Part shown: in pieces, positions 31,209-41,047 of the stretch
Layout of the letters: each line of letters opens with the position of its first letter
Position numbering within the stretch: position 1 is the stretch's first letter
IMG/VR virus record: IMGVR_UViG_3300036766_002286
Direction: 5' to 3' (one strand)
Origin: a virus
Lineage: Duplodnaviria; Caudoviricetes
Length of the DNA: 64,000 nucleotides
Program-made: the position numbers and the translations under genes
The notes under the pieces: generated by a model
Told to the model about the DNA's origin: nothing
Databases searched by the model: none
Seen by the model: only the letters and a program-made list of their open reading frames with translations

Positions 31209-32284
31209 TTGGTTACCTGCTCACGCAATTCAGCTAATTTAAGAGCACCTATTGCCGCAACAGAAGCCCGCCCCTGCTCTTCTATTACTGTTTTCAGTCT
31301 CAAATAACCAAGCTCCCCAATTTGCACGAGTGAGTCTGCTGCCAGTTGTGCCACTCTACGATCATTATCATCAAGCAGTTTTACAAGGGTATCCACACAC
31401 TCAGCTCTACCAATAACACCCAAAGCCTGCACACAAGCTCGACGTAGTTCAGCAGGCTCAGTTGCATCCAAGCACCGTTCTAAGACCCGTTCTTCGACAA
31501 CCCCGCCTATTTTCGAAAGGGCGACTGCTGCATTAATTCTAATAACGATATCTGTGTGGTTTGTAAGCAGCTCACGCAGCAACGGCGCTAATGTGAAAAA
31601 AGTACCATGCCCCGCAATCAACGTGCATACATTTTGTACACCAGGATCTTCACTTTTTAAGCCTGTCTCTAGTAAAGATCCTATTTCATTTCCCATCGCC
31701 AGTAAAGCCTCGACTGCAGCCCAAGTAGGTATTGCACTAAATCCTTTTTTTGTATGTAATGCTTGTAAAACAGAGCTAGCTGCGCTCACAGCTCCAACCG
31801 AGCCTAGAACTCTAGTTGCAACCAGCCGCACCTCGCGGCTTCGATCCTCTAGTAAAGGCAACATGTTATTAGTGAGATTTGGGGTATGAATAAGTCCTAG
31901 TAGATAAGTTGCTCGTGCCCGATGTACAGCAGATTTAGAAGTGAGCATTTTAATTGCGCGTTGTTCTTCTCCCTTTGACTGTAGTAAAGCACATAAGGCA
32001 ACGGCCCCAGCCCCGCGCACTTTAGGCAAGAAAGCAATAACACTGGATCGCAAAGATTTCCATGTGCGCTCGTTAACATTCTGCAATTTAAGCATAGCTA
32101 GTCCGTCCGCATCTTCCCCGGATGCAAGTCTGATAAGTTCTGGCCTGAATATTTTTAGTAATATTGCGAGTCTGGCATTTGCTCGGCTTCTGTGTACTTT
32201 GACTATGATAATTATAATACACAGTAGAACCCAACTCATGCTTATGGCAAATAAAGCTAGCTGTAGTACTTGATAAGTCCGCAT
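31205..32284 (-). CDS. Membrane-anchored HEAT-repeat protein
   Basis: N-terminal TM helix; repeats such as LLEDRSREVRLVATRVLG and LLDDNDRRVAQLAADSL. Confidence 0.85.
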   Translation of the reverse strand: MRTYQVLQLALFAISMSWVLLCIIIIIVKVHRSRANARLAILLKIFRPELIRLASGEDADGLAMLKLQNVNERTWKSLRSSVIAFLPKVRGAGAVALCALLQSKGEEQRAIKMLTSKSAVHRARATYLLGLIHTPNLTNNMLPLLEDRSREVRLVATRVLGSVGAVSAASSVLQALHTKKGFSAIPTWAAVEALLAMGNEIGSLLETGLKSEDPGVQNVCTLIAGHGTFFTLAPLLRELLTNHTDIVIRINAAVALSKIGGVVEERVLERCLDATEPAELRRACVQALGVIGRAECVDTLVKLLDDNDRRVAQLAADSLVQIGELGYLRLKTVIEEQGRASVAAIGALKLAELREQVTK

Positions 32285-32288
32285 CTGC

Positions 32289-32666
32289 TTATCCTCGCGC
32301 TAGCAAGGCCTGCACACGACGTACCAGTTCACCAGGATTAAAAGGCTTTGTTATATAGTCATTAGCCCCAGAAGCAAATCCCGCATCAATATCAGAGTCG
32401 CCGGCGCGCGCCGTAAGTAAAATAACATCTAAATTTTTTGTTTCCAAATTTGCTCTTATTTTACGTAGTACATCAAGCCCTGATAGTCCAGGTATCATGT
32501 AGTCAAGTATTAGCAATCTTGGGCAATTACTCGCTATTTCCTCAAGTGCCTCATAACCGCTTTCAACACAGCTCACCTCAAATCCTGCCTGTTCTAGTTT
32601 AAAAGCTACCAGGTCTAATACATCCCGGTCATCTTCTGCTATCAGAATGCGAACTTTATTTTCCAT
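32289..32666 (-). CDS. Single-domain response regulator (REC)
   Basis: ILIAEDD, LILDYMIPGLSG, LLTA, YITKPF; AAAGGAG SD before ATG 32666. Confidence 0.92.
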   Translation of the reverse strand: MENKVRILIAEDDRDVLDLVAFKLEQAGFEVSCVESGYEALEEIASNCPRLLILDYMIPGLSGLDVLRKIRANLETKNLDVILLTARAGDSDIDAGFASGANDYITKPFNPGELVRRVQALLARG

Positions 32667-32952
32667 TTTTATTTCTCCTTTTCTTACTTTTTTTGGATTT
32701 GAGTTTTTGGATTTCTGCAAGTTGTTGCTCAAAACTCCTGTCCGGCCCCAAAAAAGCCCTCTGCAAGAATGCCGCCACATCTAGATCTGCATGCATTGAA
32801 ACCCGCACCATAAACGAGAGGCGGTTGAGTTCCTCACTTTCAAAGGCAATTTCATCAGCTTTTAAAAATTCTTCTACAGTCATATTATGACGACCCATAG
32901 TTTCTTCTAGCAGTTCCCGAAGTTCGTCAGCGCTCAAAAGTTTAGGTGCCAT
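32656..32952 (-). CDS. Hypothetical protein with basic tail
   Basis: ATG 32952; overlaps the REC gene start. Confidence 0.55.
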   Translation of the reverse strand: MAPKLLSADELRELLEETMGRHNMTVEEFLKADEIAFESEELNRLSFMVRVSMHADLDVAAFLQRAFLGPDRSFEQQLAEIQKLKSKKSKKRRNKNGK

Positions 32953-33173
32953 ATAATATAATTGTGCACATCTTAGCAACCTTTGGCACTCATGGCATAA
33001 AGGTATCTCTCAAACATGCTTTTATTATCTAACTATTCAACACTCTAGCCCTTATAGTATATAAGTGGTATCGCTCTAGAAGATTGCTAATTAAAGCCGA
33101 GCCCCTACAGTATGGGTATGAAACAAAGAAGTTTAATTGTGAAAATCATATACATAATAATCAAAGGAGCATA

Positions 33174-33740
33174 ATGAGCAAAGGGCTGTTAACTAAAAAA
33201 CAAGTTATTGCGCTGCTTGCAGATAACAAAAGCCTCGCCAATAAAAATCTAACAAAAATGGATTTATCCGGCCTTGACTTGTCAAAAGTTAACTTTCATG
33301 GAGCTATTTTGCAAGAAGCAAACTTATCTAATTGTAATTTAACTAAAGCAAATTTTTGGGGTGCAAATTTAGCCGACGCCAATCTCAGAGGTTCAGACCT
33401 CACCAAAGCAACTCTACAAGAGGCAAATTTACGTTACACTAATTTAGTTGGCGTAGTCGCAACTTCAGCAAAATTTTATAAAGCATTCTTATTGTGCGTT
33501 GATGCCAGTGGTGCCGACTTTACTGATGCGAACTTCATTGATGCGGATTTACAGTTCGCTGATTTTACTAAAGCTAATCTAAAAAACGCTGTTCTAAGAT
33601 GTGCTAAATTAACAGAAGTCACTTTTGAAGGAGCTAACTTACACAACACAGATTTTACCGATACAAATCTTGAGGAAGCTGATTTATTTGGCGCTAATCT
33701 TAAAGGTGCAATCGCCCCTGATGGGAGTATTCACCCATGA
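33174..33740 (+). CDS. Pentapeptide repeat protein (first of 14-gene run)
   Basis: AAAGGAG SD + ATG 33174; LTKKQVIALL; IAPDGSIHP. Confidence 0.93.
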   Translation: MSKGLLTKKQVIALLADNKSLANKNLTKMDLSGLDLSKVNFHGAILQEANLSNCNLTKANFWGANLADANLRGSDLTKATLQEANLRYTNLVGVVATSAKFYKAFLLCVDASGADFTDANFIDADLQFADFTKANLKNAVLRCAKLTEVTFEGANLHNTDFTDTNLEEADLFGANLKGAIAPDGSIHP

Positions 33741-34150
33741 GCGAAATCACTCGTGTGGCTTTCTTAGAGATGGTTGCTTCTGGAATAAATACGGGCGACG
33801 TCAACGCAACAGGTCTAGACCTCTCGCATACAAATCTTATGGGCGCCAATCTTAGCCATGCAGACCTGTCCGGCGCCAACTTTTATGGTGCGAATCTTAG
33901 TTACACCAATCTTAGTTATGCAGTTTTTTTCAAAGCTAATTTTACGAAAGCTAATCTATCGTCCGCAGTTCTCATAGGCACAAATTTCTACAAGGCAGTC
34001 TTGATTGAAGCCGATCTCACAGACGTACGTGCAGACTATTCAACATTTTTCAAGGCCGCAAATTTAACCGGAGCACGTTTGTCTATTAGGGAATCAGTTT
34101 CCTCACAATTTTCCAAGACCATTATGCCAGACGGGTCTGTTCATCAATGA
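33737..34150 (+). CDS. Pentapeptide repeat protein (tandem quartet 1)
   Basis: ATGA overlap; ITRVAFLE; GTNFYKAVLIEADL; MPDG. Confidence 0.92.
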   Translation: MSEITRVAFLEMVASGINTGDVNATGLDLSHTNLMGANLSHADLSGANFYGANLSYTNLSYAVFFKANFTKANLSSAVLIGTNFYKAVLIEADLTDVRADYSTFFKAANLTGARLSIRESVSSQFSKTIMPDGSVHQ

Positions 34151-34596
34151 GTAAAATCACTCGTGAGAGTTTTCTAGAAATAGTTAAAAACGATCTGCAC
34201 GGCACCAAGCACCGGCCGATGTCTATCAACTGTACTGGCCTAGATCTCACTCATACAGATCTCAGAGGTATTTGGCTATCTACATTAAATTTAGAAGGAT
34301 GTAATCTATTTGCAGCAGATCTCAGAGGTGCAAACTTTAGCTACTCGAATCTTACCAAAGCTAACCTTACCAAAGCTAATTTGTCACTCGCGACTCTCTT
34401 AGGCACAAATTTCTACAAGGCAGTCTTGATTGAAGCCGATCTCACAGTTATAAGAACCGATTATAGAACAAATTTTAAAGAAGCAAACCTAACCGGAGCT
34501 AATATTACTCGTATCAATTTTACCGATGCTCGCCTTATTAGCGCTAGTTTTTTGCATACCATTATGCCGGACGGCACTCTATGGAGACAACCATGA
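34147..34596 (+). CDS. Pentapeptide repeat protein (tandem quartet 2)
   Basis: ATGA overlap; KITRESFLE; MPDGTLWRQP. Confidence 0.92.
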   Translation: MSKITRESFLEIVKNDLHGTKHRPMSINCTGLDLTHTDLRGIWLSTLNLEGCNLFAADLRGANFSYSNLTKANLTKANLSLATLLGTNFYKAVLIEADLTVIRTDYRTNFKEANLTGANITRINFTDARLISASFLHTIMPDGTLWRQP

Positions 34597-35018
34597 GTAA
34601 GATTACCCGGGAGAGCTTCTTAGAAAGGAGCAAAAAACGCTCAGCCCTACTCCCTGTTAACTGTACGGGTCTAGACCTATCATATGCAGACCTTAAGTGT
34701 GCGCATTTAGCTGGCTTAGATTTATCGGGTGCCAATCTCAATGGAGCCAACCTTAGTTATACAAACCTTAGCAATACATATCTTAAAAAAGCTAACCTTA
34801 CCAAGGCAAATTTGTCTTCAGCAACCATGTATGGTACAAATCTCTATAAAGCAATTTTAATTAACGCTACTCTTACTAACGTAATGGTCGATCATACAAC
34901 CATTTTTGAGGAAACTAATCTGCAGGGTGCTATTTTATCCCTTGATTTTCCTAGATTTTGGTTTGCAAATTTTACGAAAGTAATTATGCCAGACGGCACT
35001 CTATGGAGACAACCATGA
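34593..35018 (+). CDS. Pentapeptide repeat protein (tandem quartet 3)
   Basis: ATGA overlap, GGAG SD inside upstream cap; KITRESFLE; MPDGTLWRQP. Confidence 0.92.
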   Translation: MSKITRESFLERSKKRSALLPVNCTGLDLSYADLKCAHLAGLDLSGANLNGANLSYTNLSNTYLKKANLTKANLSSATMYGTNLYKAILINATLTNVMVDHTTIFEETNLQGAILSLDFPRFWFANFTKVIMPDGTLWRQP

Positions 35019-35455
35019 AAAAACTTACAAGTGAAAGTTTTCTAGAAATGGTTGCCGAAGGCGAGGTAATGCATAATATTAACGCTGAAGGCTTAGATCT
35101 TTCACATGCGAATCTACAAAGCGCAGATCTGTATCTCGTAAATCTAACTGGCGCTAATCTTTATGAAGCCAACCTTAGTTCTGCAGATCTAAGACGGGCA
35201 AATCTCACAAAAGCTAATCTCACAAAAACTAATCTCACTTCAGCAATTCTCTATAGCACAAATCTCTATAAAGCAGTTTTAATTGGCGCAGACCTCTCTT
35301 GTGTACTAACTGACCAGGGAACAATTTTTGAGCAAGCAAATTTTCTCCGCGCTCTGTTACCGGCTTCGGTGTATACAGTAACCTATGGGCGTTTACTAAT
35401 ACCAGACTTCACAAACGCTATTATGCCAGACGGCGTAACATATCAGCGTTGGTAA
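35015..35455 (+). CDS. Pentapeptide repeat protein (tandem quartet 4)
   Basis: ATGA overlap; LTSESFLE; MPDGVTY. Confidence 0.92.
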   Translation: MKKLTSESFLEMVAEGEVMHNINAEGLDLSHANLQSADLYLVNLTGANLYEANLSSADLRRANLTKANLTKTNLTSAILYSTNLYKAVLIGADLSCVLTDQGTIFEQANFLRALLPASVYTVTYGRLLIPDFTNAIMPDGVTYQRW

Positions 35456-35470
35456 CACAAGACCACTATT

Positions 35471-36154
35471 ATGAAAACTCTTTCGAAAGAACAAATAGTG
35501 CATAATGCAGCTAACGGTATAAGCATGTTGGGTATTGACGTCAAAGGTATTGACCTATCTGGTTGTGACCTAACTAAAGCTAAATTGACACATGCTAATT
35601 TTACCGGCGCAAATTTAGCCGGCGCAAGTTTATCGGGAGCCAATCTCTCGAACTCTATTTTAGATCATAGCGATATGTCAGACACCAACATAACTAGAGC
35701 TAACTTTCTTTATGCCAGTTTGCAAGAAGTTAATTTAAAAAGAACTAATGCTATAAGTAGCGGCGAGTATTTTACCAATATGTATAAAGCCAAACTTACT
35801 AAAGCCAACCCAACAGACGCTCAACTGCAAGGTGCCTGTTTGCTGGGGGTTATGGCCAACCTTACAAATTTTTCGAATGCTAATCTTACTAATACATATA
35901 TGCAGGAGATCGACTTATATTATGCCAATCTGACAAGGAGCATTCTAGCTAATGCTGATTTGCGTGGCGCAATTTTACATAGGGCGATTCTCCAAGCCAC
36001 CGTCATGTGTTACGCTAATTTGAGAGATGCGCAGCTTTACGTTAATTATCCAAAAACGCCCGCAGCTTTGTTTCAACCATACCGCTATGAGCCGCTGCTC
36101 GTAAACGTAAGTCTTACCGGCGCAATCATGCCCAATGGAAGTATTCATGACTAA
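35471..36154 (+). CDS. Pentapeptide repeat protein with two loop insertions
   Basis: NAISSGEYFT and YVNYPKTPAALFQPYRYEP loops; MPNG. Confidence 0.92.
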   Translation: MKTLSKEQIVHNAANGISMLGIDVKGIDLSGCDLTKAKLTHANFTGANLAGASLSGANLSNSILDHSDMSDTNITRANFLYASLQEVNLKRTNAISSGEYFTNMYKAKLTKANPTDAQLQGACLLGVMANLTNFSNANLTNTYMQEIDLYYANLTRSILANADLRGAILHRAILQATVMCYANLRDAQLYVNYPKTPAALFQPYRYEPLLVNVSLTGAIMPNGSIHD

Positions 36155-36806
36155 GTTTATATCACAGCAAATTTCTGTGTCGCGCGCTCAAGTCCTAGAA
36201 ATTATAGCAAATAAGGGTACTTTAGCAGATACTGTTATTGATAGATTGGACCTGCAGGGTATAGATTTTAATGGAGTCAGTTTATCTAGGTCCAAGCTGA
36301 TATCCACTAACCTACCACACGCTAACTTATCTCACTGTGATTTAACCCAGGCAACTTTTCAACATAGTACGATTCATCATGCCAATCTGTCTCATAGTTT
36401 TCTGGCAGGAGCATATATGTATGAAATAAGTGGTAATAATGCCAACTTTTTTGAGGCGAATATGGTGAATATAGACTTGGCTGGAGCTGAGTTAAGTTTT
36501 GCAAATCTAACCGGGGTAGTTGCTGCGAGCGACGGTCATACGCGTGAAGCGATGTTTTATTATGCGGATCTCTCGAATGCTGATCTATCTCGAGCAGATT
36601 TTAGAGGTACAGATTTTATGGGCGTGAATTTTTCTAATGCAAATTTGACAAACACAGATCTAGAAAACGCTAATCTACAAGATATCCGCTGTTCTCGCGC
36701 TAATTTAAGTGGAGCGAATTTAACAAACGCTAAAGTGAAAATCCCCCAGCTAAAAACCGCCAACCTAACCAGAACTACCATGCCAGATGGGACGATACAT
36801 GAATAG
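36147..36806 (+). CDS. Pentapeptide repeat protein
   Basis: VSRAQVLEII; loop AASDGHTRE; TMPDG; start overlaps the upstream stop. Confidence 0.92.
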   Translation: MTKFISQQISVSRAQVLEIIANKGTLADTVIDRLDLQGIDFNGVSLSRSKLISTNLPHANLSHCDLTQATFQHSTIHHANLSHSFLAGAYMYEISGNNANFFEANMVNIDLAGAELSFANLTGVVAASDGHTREAMFYYADLSNADLSRADFRGTDFMGVNFSNANLTNTDLENANLQDIRCSRANLSGANLTNAKVKIPQLKTANLTRTTMPDGTIHE

Positions 36807-36832
36807 CTATAATAGATACTTAAAGGCATTAA

Positions 36833-37690
36833 ATGAATAAAAAAGATATTGAATACATCGACAGCCAGGGTTCGCCGGCTGTTTTACGATATGGCGAGTC
36901 GTGGCACGGCACACCACTATCTAATGTAGATTTGTCTTATGCAGATATGTCACACACTGATTTATCCAATTTAGATTTTCATGGCACAAATTTTACAAAC
37001 GTAAATCTATCTTTTACAAAGCTGGAAAACTGTGATTTAAGCCAAACAAAACTTGATGGTGCTTGTTTTAATTATGCTGATCTCAGCTCCGCTAATTTAA
37101 CTTTGGCTTCAAGTGCCTTAGAATCTCCTATACAAGCCCAGGGTGCTCGTTTCATCTGTGCAAATTTATCTGGTTGCCAGCTGCCCGCGTCCTATATGCA
37201 CAAAGCCCGCCTATCTAGAGCAAATTTGACGAACACAGACCTGTCATACGCGGATCTCACTTCAGTATTTATGCTAGGCACAGCCCTACAAAAGGCAAAT
37301 CTCACTGCAGCTAACCTTCGTGAAGCTGTGCTGGGACGCAGTAATTTCACGCAAGCTAATCTAACAGGTGCAAATTTAACAGGCACTGAGCTTTCTGACA
37401 CAAACTTTACTGGGGCAATCATGCATAGAGTAAACTTAAGCGCCGCATATTTCTGTAGAACAATTATGCAAGGCACAGACCTGCAGGGCTCCAATATATC
37501 GAAAACACACCTTTTTAACACAGATATGACTAAAGCGAACCTTAGAGGTGTAGATTTCACCCAATGTATTTTTACAGGTAGTATGCAATACGCCAATCTT
37601 TATGGAGCCATTTTTGACCCCGACCACATATTCGAAGGCGACTCTTACTTCCGAGCGACTTTACCTGATGGTACTTTATATATACCATAA
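36833..37690 (+). CDS. Long pentapeptide repeat protein (YID N-cap, FEGxxY..LPDG C-cap)
   Basis: IEYIDSQG; DPDHIFEGDSYFRATLPDG. Confidence 0.93.
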   Translation: MNKKDIEYIDSQGSPAVLRYGESWHGTPLSNVDLSYADMSHTDLSNLDFHGTNFTNVNLSFTKLENCDLSQTKLDGACFNYADLSSANLTLASSALESPIQAQGARFICANLSGCQLPASYMHKARLSRANLTNTDLSYADLTSVFMLGTALQKANLTAANLREAVLGRSNFTQANLTGANLTGTELSDTNFTGAIMHRVNLSAAYFCRTIMQGTDLQGSNISKTHLFNTDMTKANLRGVDFTQCIFTGSMQYANLYGAIFDPDHIFEGDSYFRATLPDGTLYIP

Positions 37691-37717
37691 ACCCATATTC
37701 TAATAGTATCTTCACTC

Positions 37718-37746
37718 TTGCTACTATACGTGCGCCCTAATAGTAT
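37718..37746 (+). promoter_or_regulatory. Putative promoter inside the PRP array
   Basis: TTGCTA-17 bp-TAGTAT upstream of GGAGG SD and GTG 37772. Confidence 0.5.
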
Positions 37747-37771
37747 ATTATGTATAATATTTGGAGGCATT

Positions 37772-38380
37772 GTGCACACAAGCAAAGAACAGTTAACTAG
37801 AGAGCAAGTTCTCGAAAAAGTTTCAAACCACGACAGCTTCGCTCACACAGATCTGTCTGGAATGGATCTGTCTAGAATGAATTTGTCAGGGTTAAATTTT
37901 AATCACGCCGGTTTGTATGCAGCAAACCTGACCGGGGCTGATTTCACACAAGCAAGTCTGCTCGGCGCCACCCTAAGTGCGTCCCACATGCAGGGTGCTA
38001 GGTTCACACATGCAGACTTAACTTCCGCCTATTTAATAGCAGCGATAGCCCAGGGCACTGATTTCAGTTTTGCTAATTTACAAGACACCTATTTAATTAC
38101 CACCACTTTTGATAAAGCAAATTTTTATAAAGCCGACATGTCTAGAGCTAGAGTGCGCGGAGCGACTTTTCGTGGAGCGAATCTTGAAAATGCTAATTTA
38201 ACAAATACAGATCTCATCGAAGTTATATCTAATGCTAAATTTCACGCACGCCTTAATCAAGTTATACCGGACATGCTTATATCTTATACTGATTTAGCTT
38301 TTACTGACCTAAGTTTTGCAGACTTTACCAAAGCGAACCTAACGAACACAATAGCCCCAGACGGGTCTGTTCACCTATGA
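37772..38380 (+). CDS. Pentapeptide repeat protein (LTREQVL N-cap)
   Basis: GGAGG SD + GTG; IAPDGSVHL. Confidence 0.92.
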   Translation: MHTSKEQLTREQVLEKVSNHDSFAHTDLSGMDLSRMNLSGLNFNHAGLYAANLTGADFTQASLLGATLSASHMQGARFTHADLTSAYLIAAIAQGTDFSFANLQDTYLITTTFDKANFYKADMSRARVRGATFRGANLENANLTNTDLIEVISNAKFHARLNQVIPDMLISYTDLAFTDLSFADFTKANLTNTIAPDGSVHL

Positions 38381-39072
38381 GTACTTATAAAAATCTCACA
38401 AGGCAAAATATAATAGATAATGTTGCTAATAATGTAGATATGAAGTTTTGGCATATTCGGGGCATTGATTTGTCTTATGCTGATTTGACTAAAGCTCGTT
38501 TTTTTGCTGTTTCATTCGAGAATGTTAATCTTAAAGGGGCGAGCTTGTCCGGAGCTGACTTGCGAGGTGCTACATTAAACGATATTAATTTGTCCTACGC
38601 AAACTTAACCAGAGCAGATCTGTTCGGTGCTTCACTTAAACAAGCCAACCTCCAAGGTATTAACGCTATAAGTCATGGAAAGTATTTTACCGACATGCGC
38701 AACACCAAGCTTCAGGGGGCAAACTTTCATGGCGCACACTTGCAAGGCGTACAACTAATCCTAGCTAAAGCAGAGGGTGCTAATTTCTCATTCGCTAACT
38801 TGACTTCTGCAAATATGACCAGTATTAATCTGACGTCGGCAGATTTAACTAACACGAATATGACTAAAGTTACTCTTGTTCAAGCAACTGCGATAGATGC
38901 TATTTTAAAAAATACTATTATGACAGACGCCAATCTCACAGAATTAAGAGTTAACGGCAACTACCCTCAAACATTTAAAACAACGACAGACCCAGAAGCC
39001 TATGAATTACTACTATCTGACACCATTCTCACCAATGCCATTATGCCCAATGGTGTCATATATGCAAGTTAG
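38377..39072 (+). CDS. Pentapeptide repeat protein, paralog of 35471..36154
   Basis: ATGA overlap; NAISHGKYFT and VNGNYPQTFKTTTDPEAY loops; MPNG. Confidence 0.92.
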   Translation: MSTYKNLTRQNIIDNVANNVDMKFWHIRGIDLSYADLTKARFFAVSFENVNLKGASLSGADLRGATLNDINLSYANLTRADLFGASLKQANLQGINAISHGKYFTDMRNTKLQGANFHGAHLQGVQLILAKAEGANFSFANLTSANMTSINLTSADLTNTNMTKVTLVQATAIDAILKNTIMTDANLTELRVNGNYPQTFKTTTDPEAYELLLSDTILTNAIMPNGVIYAS

Positions 39073-39143
39073 CTATAATATACATGTCAAGCACCACAAT
39101 CCTAAATTCGCCACAATAGTACTATTAAGTTAAGGAGAACCCT

Positions 39144-39959
39144 ATGAGAAAAAATATTAATTTCATTGACGGCTGGGGGAAACCAGCAACCCTTGTTTGG
39201 GGTGGGGACTGGAGTCACGTTCGCGGCAACTCAGCTGATTTTTCTTATGCCGACCTGTCTGGTGCGGATCTAACACCTCTCGGCGACTTGTGTGGCGCTA
39301 ATTTCCGCGGAGCAAACCTATCTAATACGACCCGCACTCATACTATAGATATTTTCTCTCTCATAGCCTACGATGCTGATTTCACTCAAGCCAATTTATC
39401 GAAAGCGTCATATCCTACGAGTTTTCCAGGCTTTCCCGGTGCGTATATGGTGCGATCTAAATTTAATGGAGCAAACCTTACCGAAATAAATTTAAGTAAC
39501 GCTGACCTTACTAGTGCTGATCTCAGTGCTGCAGACTTTACTAAAGCTAATCTCACATCAACTGTTTTAGTAGGAACAGTTTGCGGCTCAACCAATTTTT
39601 CTCAAGCAAATCTTACCAATGCTGATCTTCATGGTGCAGACTTATCTTGTGCAAATTTCACAGGCGCAATTATGATTGGTGCCAATCTCGGTCGTGTAGA
39701 TACCTCCACTGACTTTACTGACGCAGATCTCTCATATGCAGATTTCTCTCACGCTTTTCTAGATGAAGCAAATTTCACTAAAGCAAATTTATTTAAAGCA
39801 AATTTTTCTCATGCTAGGAAACTTAACAAAGAGGAGGACTGGTCAGGAGCTAGCTTTCGTGGGGCTAACCTAACCGAAGCCATTTTCGACCCCGACCACA
39901 AATTTGAAGGTGACGCTTATATTGGTGCCACCCTGCCAGACGGTACTTTGTACCGGTAA
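39144..39959 (+). CDS. Pentapeptide repeat protein (FID N-cap, LPDG C-cap)
   Basis: AAGGAG SD; ends HKFEGDAYIGATLPDGTLYR. Confidence 0.93.
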   Translation: MRKNINFIDGWGKPATLVWGGDWSHVRGNSADFSYADLSGADLTPLGDLCGANFRGANLSNTTRTHTIDIFSLIAYDADFTQANLSKASYPTSFPGFPGAYMVRSKFNGANLTEINLSNADLTSADLSAADFTKANLTSTVLVGTVCGSTNFSQANLTNADLHGADLSCANFTGAIMIGANLGRVDTSTDFTDADLSYADFSHAFLDEANFTKANLFKANFSHARKLNKEEDWSGASFRGANLTEAIFDPDHKFEGDAYIGATLPDGTLYR

Positions 39960-40032
39960 GTTATAAAATAACACCCGCACCTTGCTATTAGTAATACAGC
40001 ATCTACAGTATAAATAAACCAAGGAGACCTCT

Positions 40033-40626
40033 GTGAGTAAACCTAATATAGAATATACTGATCGTAATGATAACGAACAACGTCTACAATGGGACAAGTC
40101 GTGGGCAGACCTCGATTTATGTGGCGCTAATTTTGCAGGCGCCGATCTCAAGGGTGCTAACTTCGCACATTGTGACTTACGTGGCGCTATTTTATACAAG
40201 GCTAATCTAGAGGGCGCTGATTTTCGTAGTGCTGCTATGGTCTCAGCTGACTTAAGTGAAGCTGTCTTAGCTGGCGCAGATCTCTCACATGCAGATCTAT
40301 CATACGCCAAGTTACCTGGAGCAAATCTAGAATCGGCTGATCTGCGTGACGCTAACCTTAATGAAGCTGACCTAAGTGAAGCTAATTTAGTTAATGTCAT
40401 GTTTCACGGCGCTGAATTGAAAAGAGCTAATCTAGCTAATACTAATTTAGAAGGTGCTAATTTTTATCAAGCAACTCTGTATAAGGCTAATCTAGAGGGC
40501 GCTGATTTGCTCGACACTGACTTTAGCGGAGCAACCTTATTTGGTGTGTTATTGTCTGTTCGGCAACGAAATGTATGTCTTGGACGGGACGATGGTATTT
40601 TCGGTGGAGAGACAGCGCATGAATAA
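40033..40626 (+). CDS. Pentapeptide repeat protein
   Basis: AAGGAG SD + GTG; LQWDKSWADLDLCGANF shared with 43663. Confidence 0.93.
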   Translation: MSKPNIEYTDRNDNEQRLQWDKSWADLDLCGANFAGADLKGANFAHCDLRGAILYKANLEGADFRSAAMVSADLSEAVLAGADLSHADLSYAKLPGANLESADLRDANLNEADLSEANLVNVMFHGAELKRANLANTNLEGANFYQATLYKANLEGADLLDTDFSGATLFGVLLSVRQRNVCLGRDDGIFGGETAHE

Positions 40627-41047
40627 GCCTAATATAAAATATATTGATCGCAATGGTAACCCTCAGGAATTATCATGGGGCGAATCATGGGTAGGCATAG
40701 ATTTGGCTGGCGCTAACCTACAGGCCACTGATCTGCGGCAAGCTGAGCTGCCAAAGGCCAACCTGCAAGACGCAAATTTAAGTGGAGCAGATTTGAGACG
40801 TGCTGATTTATGTGATGCTAGTTTGCAAGGCGCTAACCTAGAGCGTGCTAATTTAGGTGGTGCTTACTTTTGGAGAGCTAATTTAAGTCACACCAATCTG
40901 CAACACACTAATTTACTAGGCGTTAATTTTGAAGATGCCAATTTAAGCCAAGCCGACTTTACAAATGCCGATCTGCAAGGTGTGACGCTTACTTTGCATC
41001 AACAAAAAGAGTGCATAGGATATAGTACAACTTCGAGAGACGCATGA
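40619..41047 (+). CDS. Pentapeptide repeat protein (YID N-cap, CIG C-cap)
   Basis: GGAG SD + ATG 40619; PNIKYIDRNG; QQKECIGY. Confidence 0.93.
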   Translation: MNKPNIKYIDRNGNPQELSWGESWVGIDLAGANLQATDLRQAELPKANLQDANLSGADLRRADLCDASLQGANLERANLGGAYFWRANLSHTNLQHTNLLGVNFEDANLSQADFTNADLQGVTLTLHQQKECIGYSTTSRDA

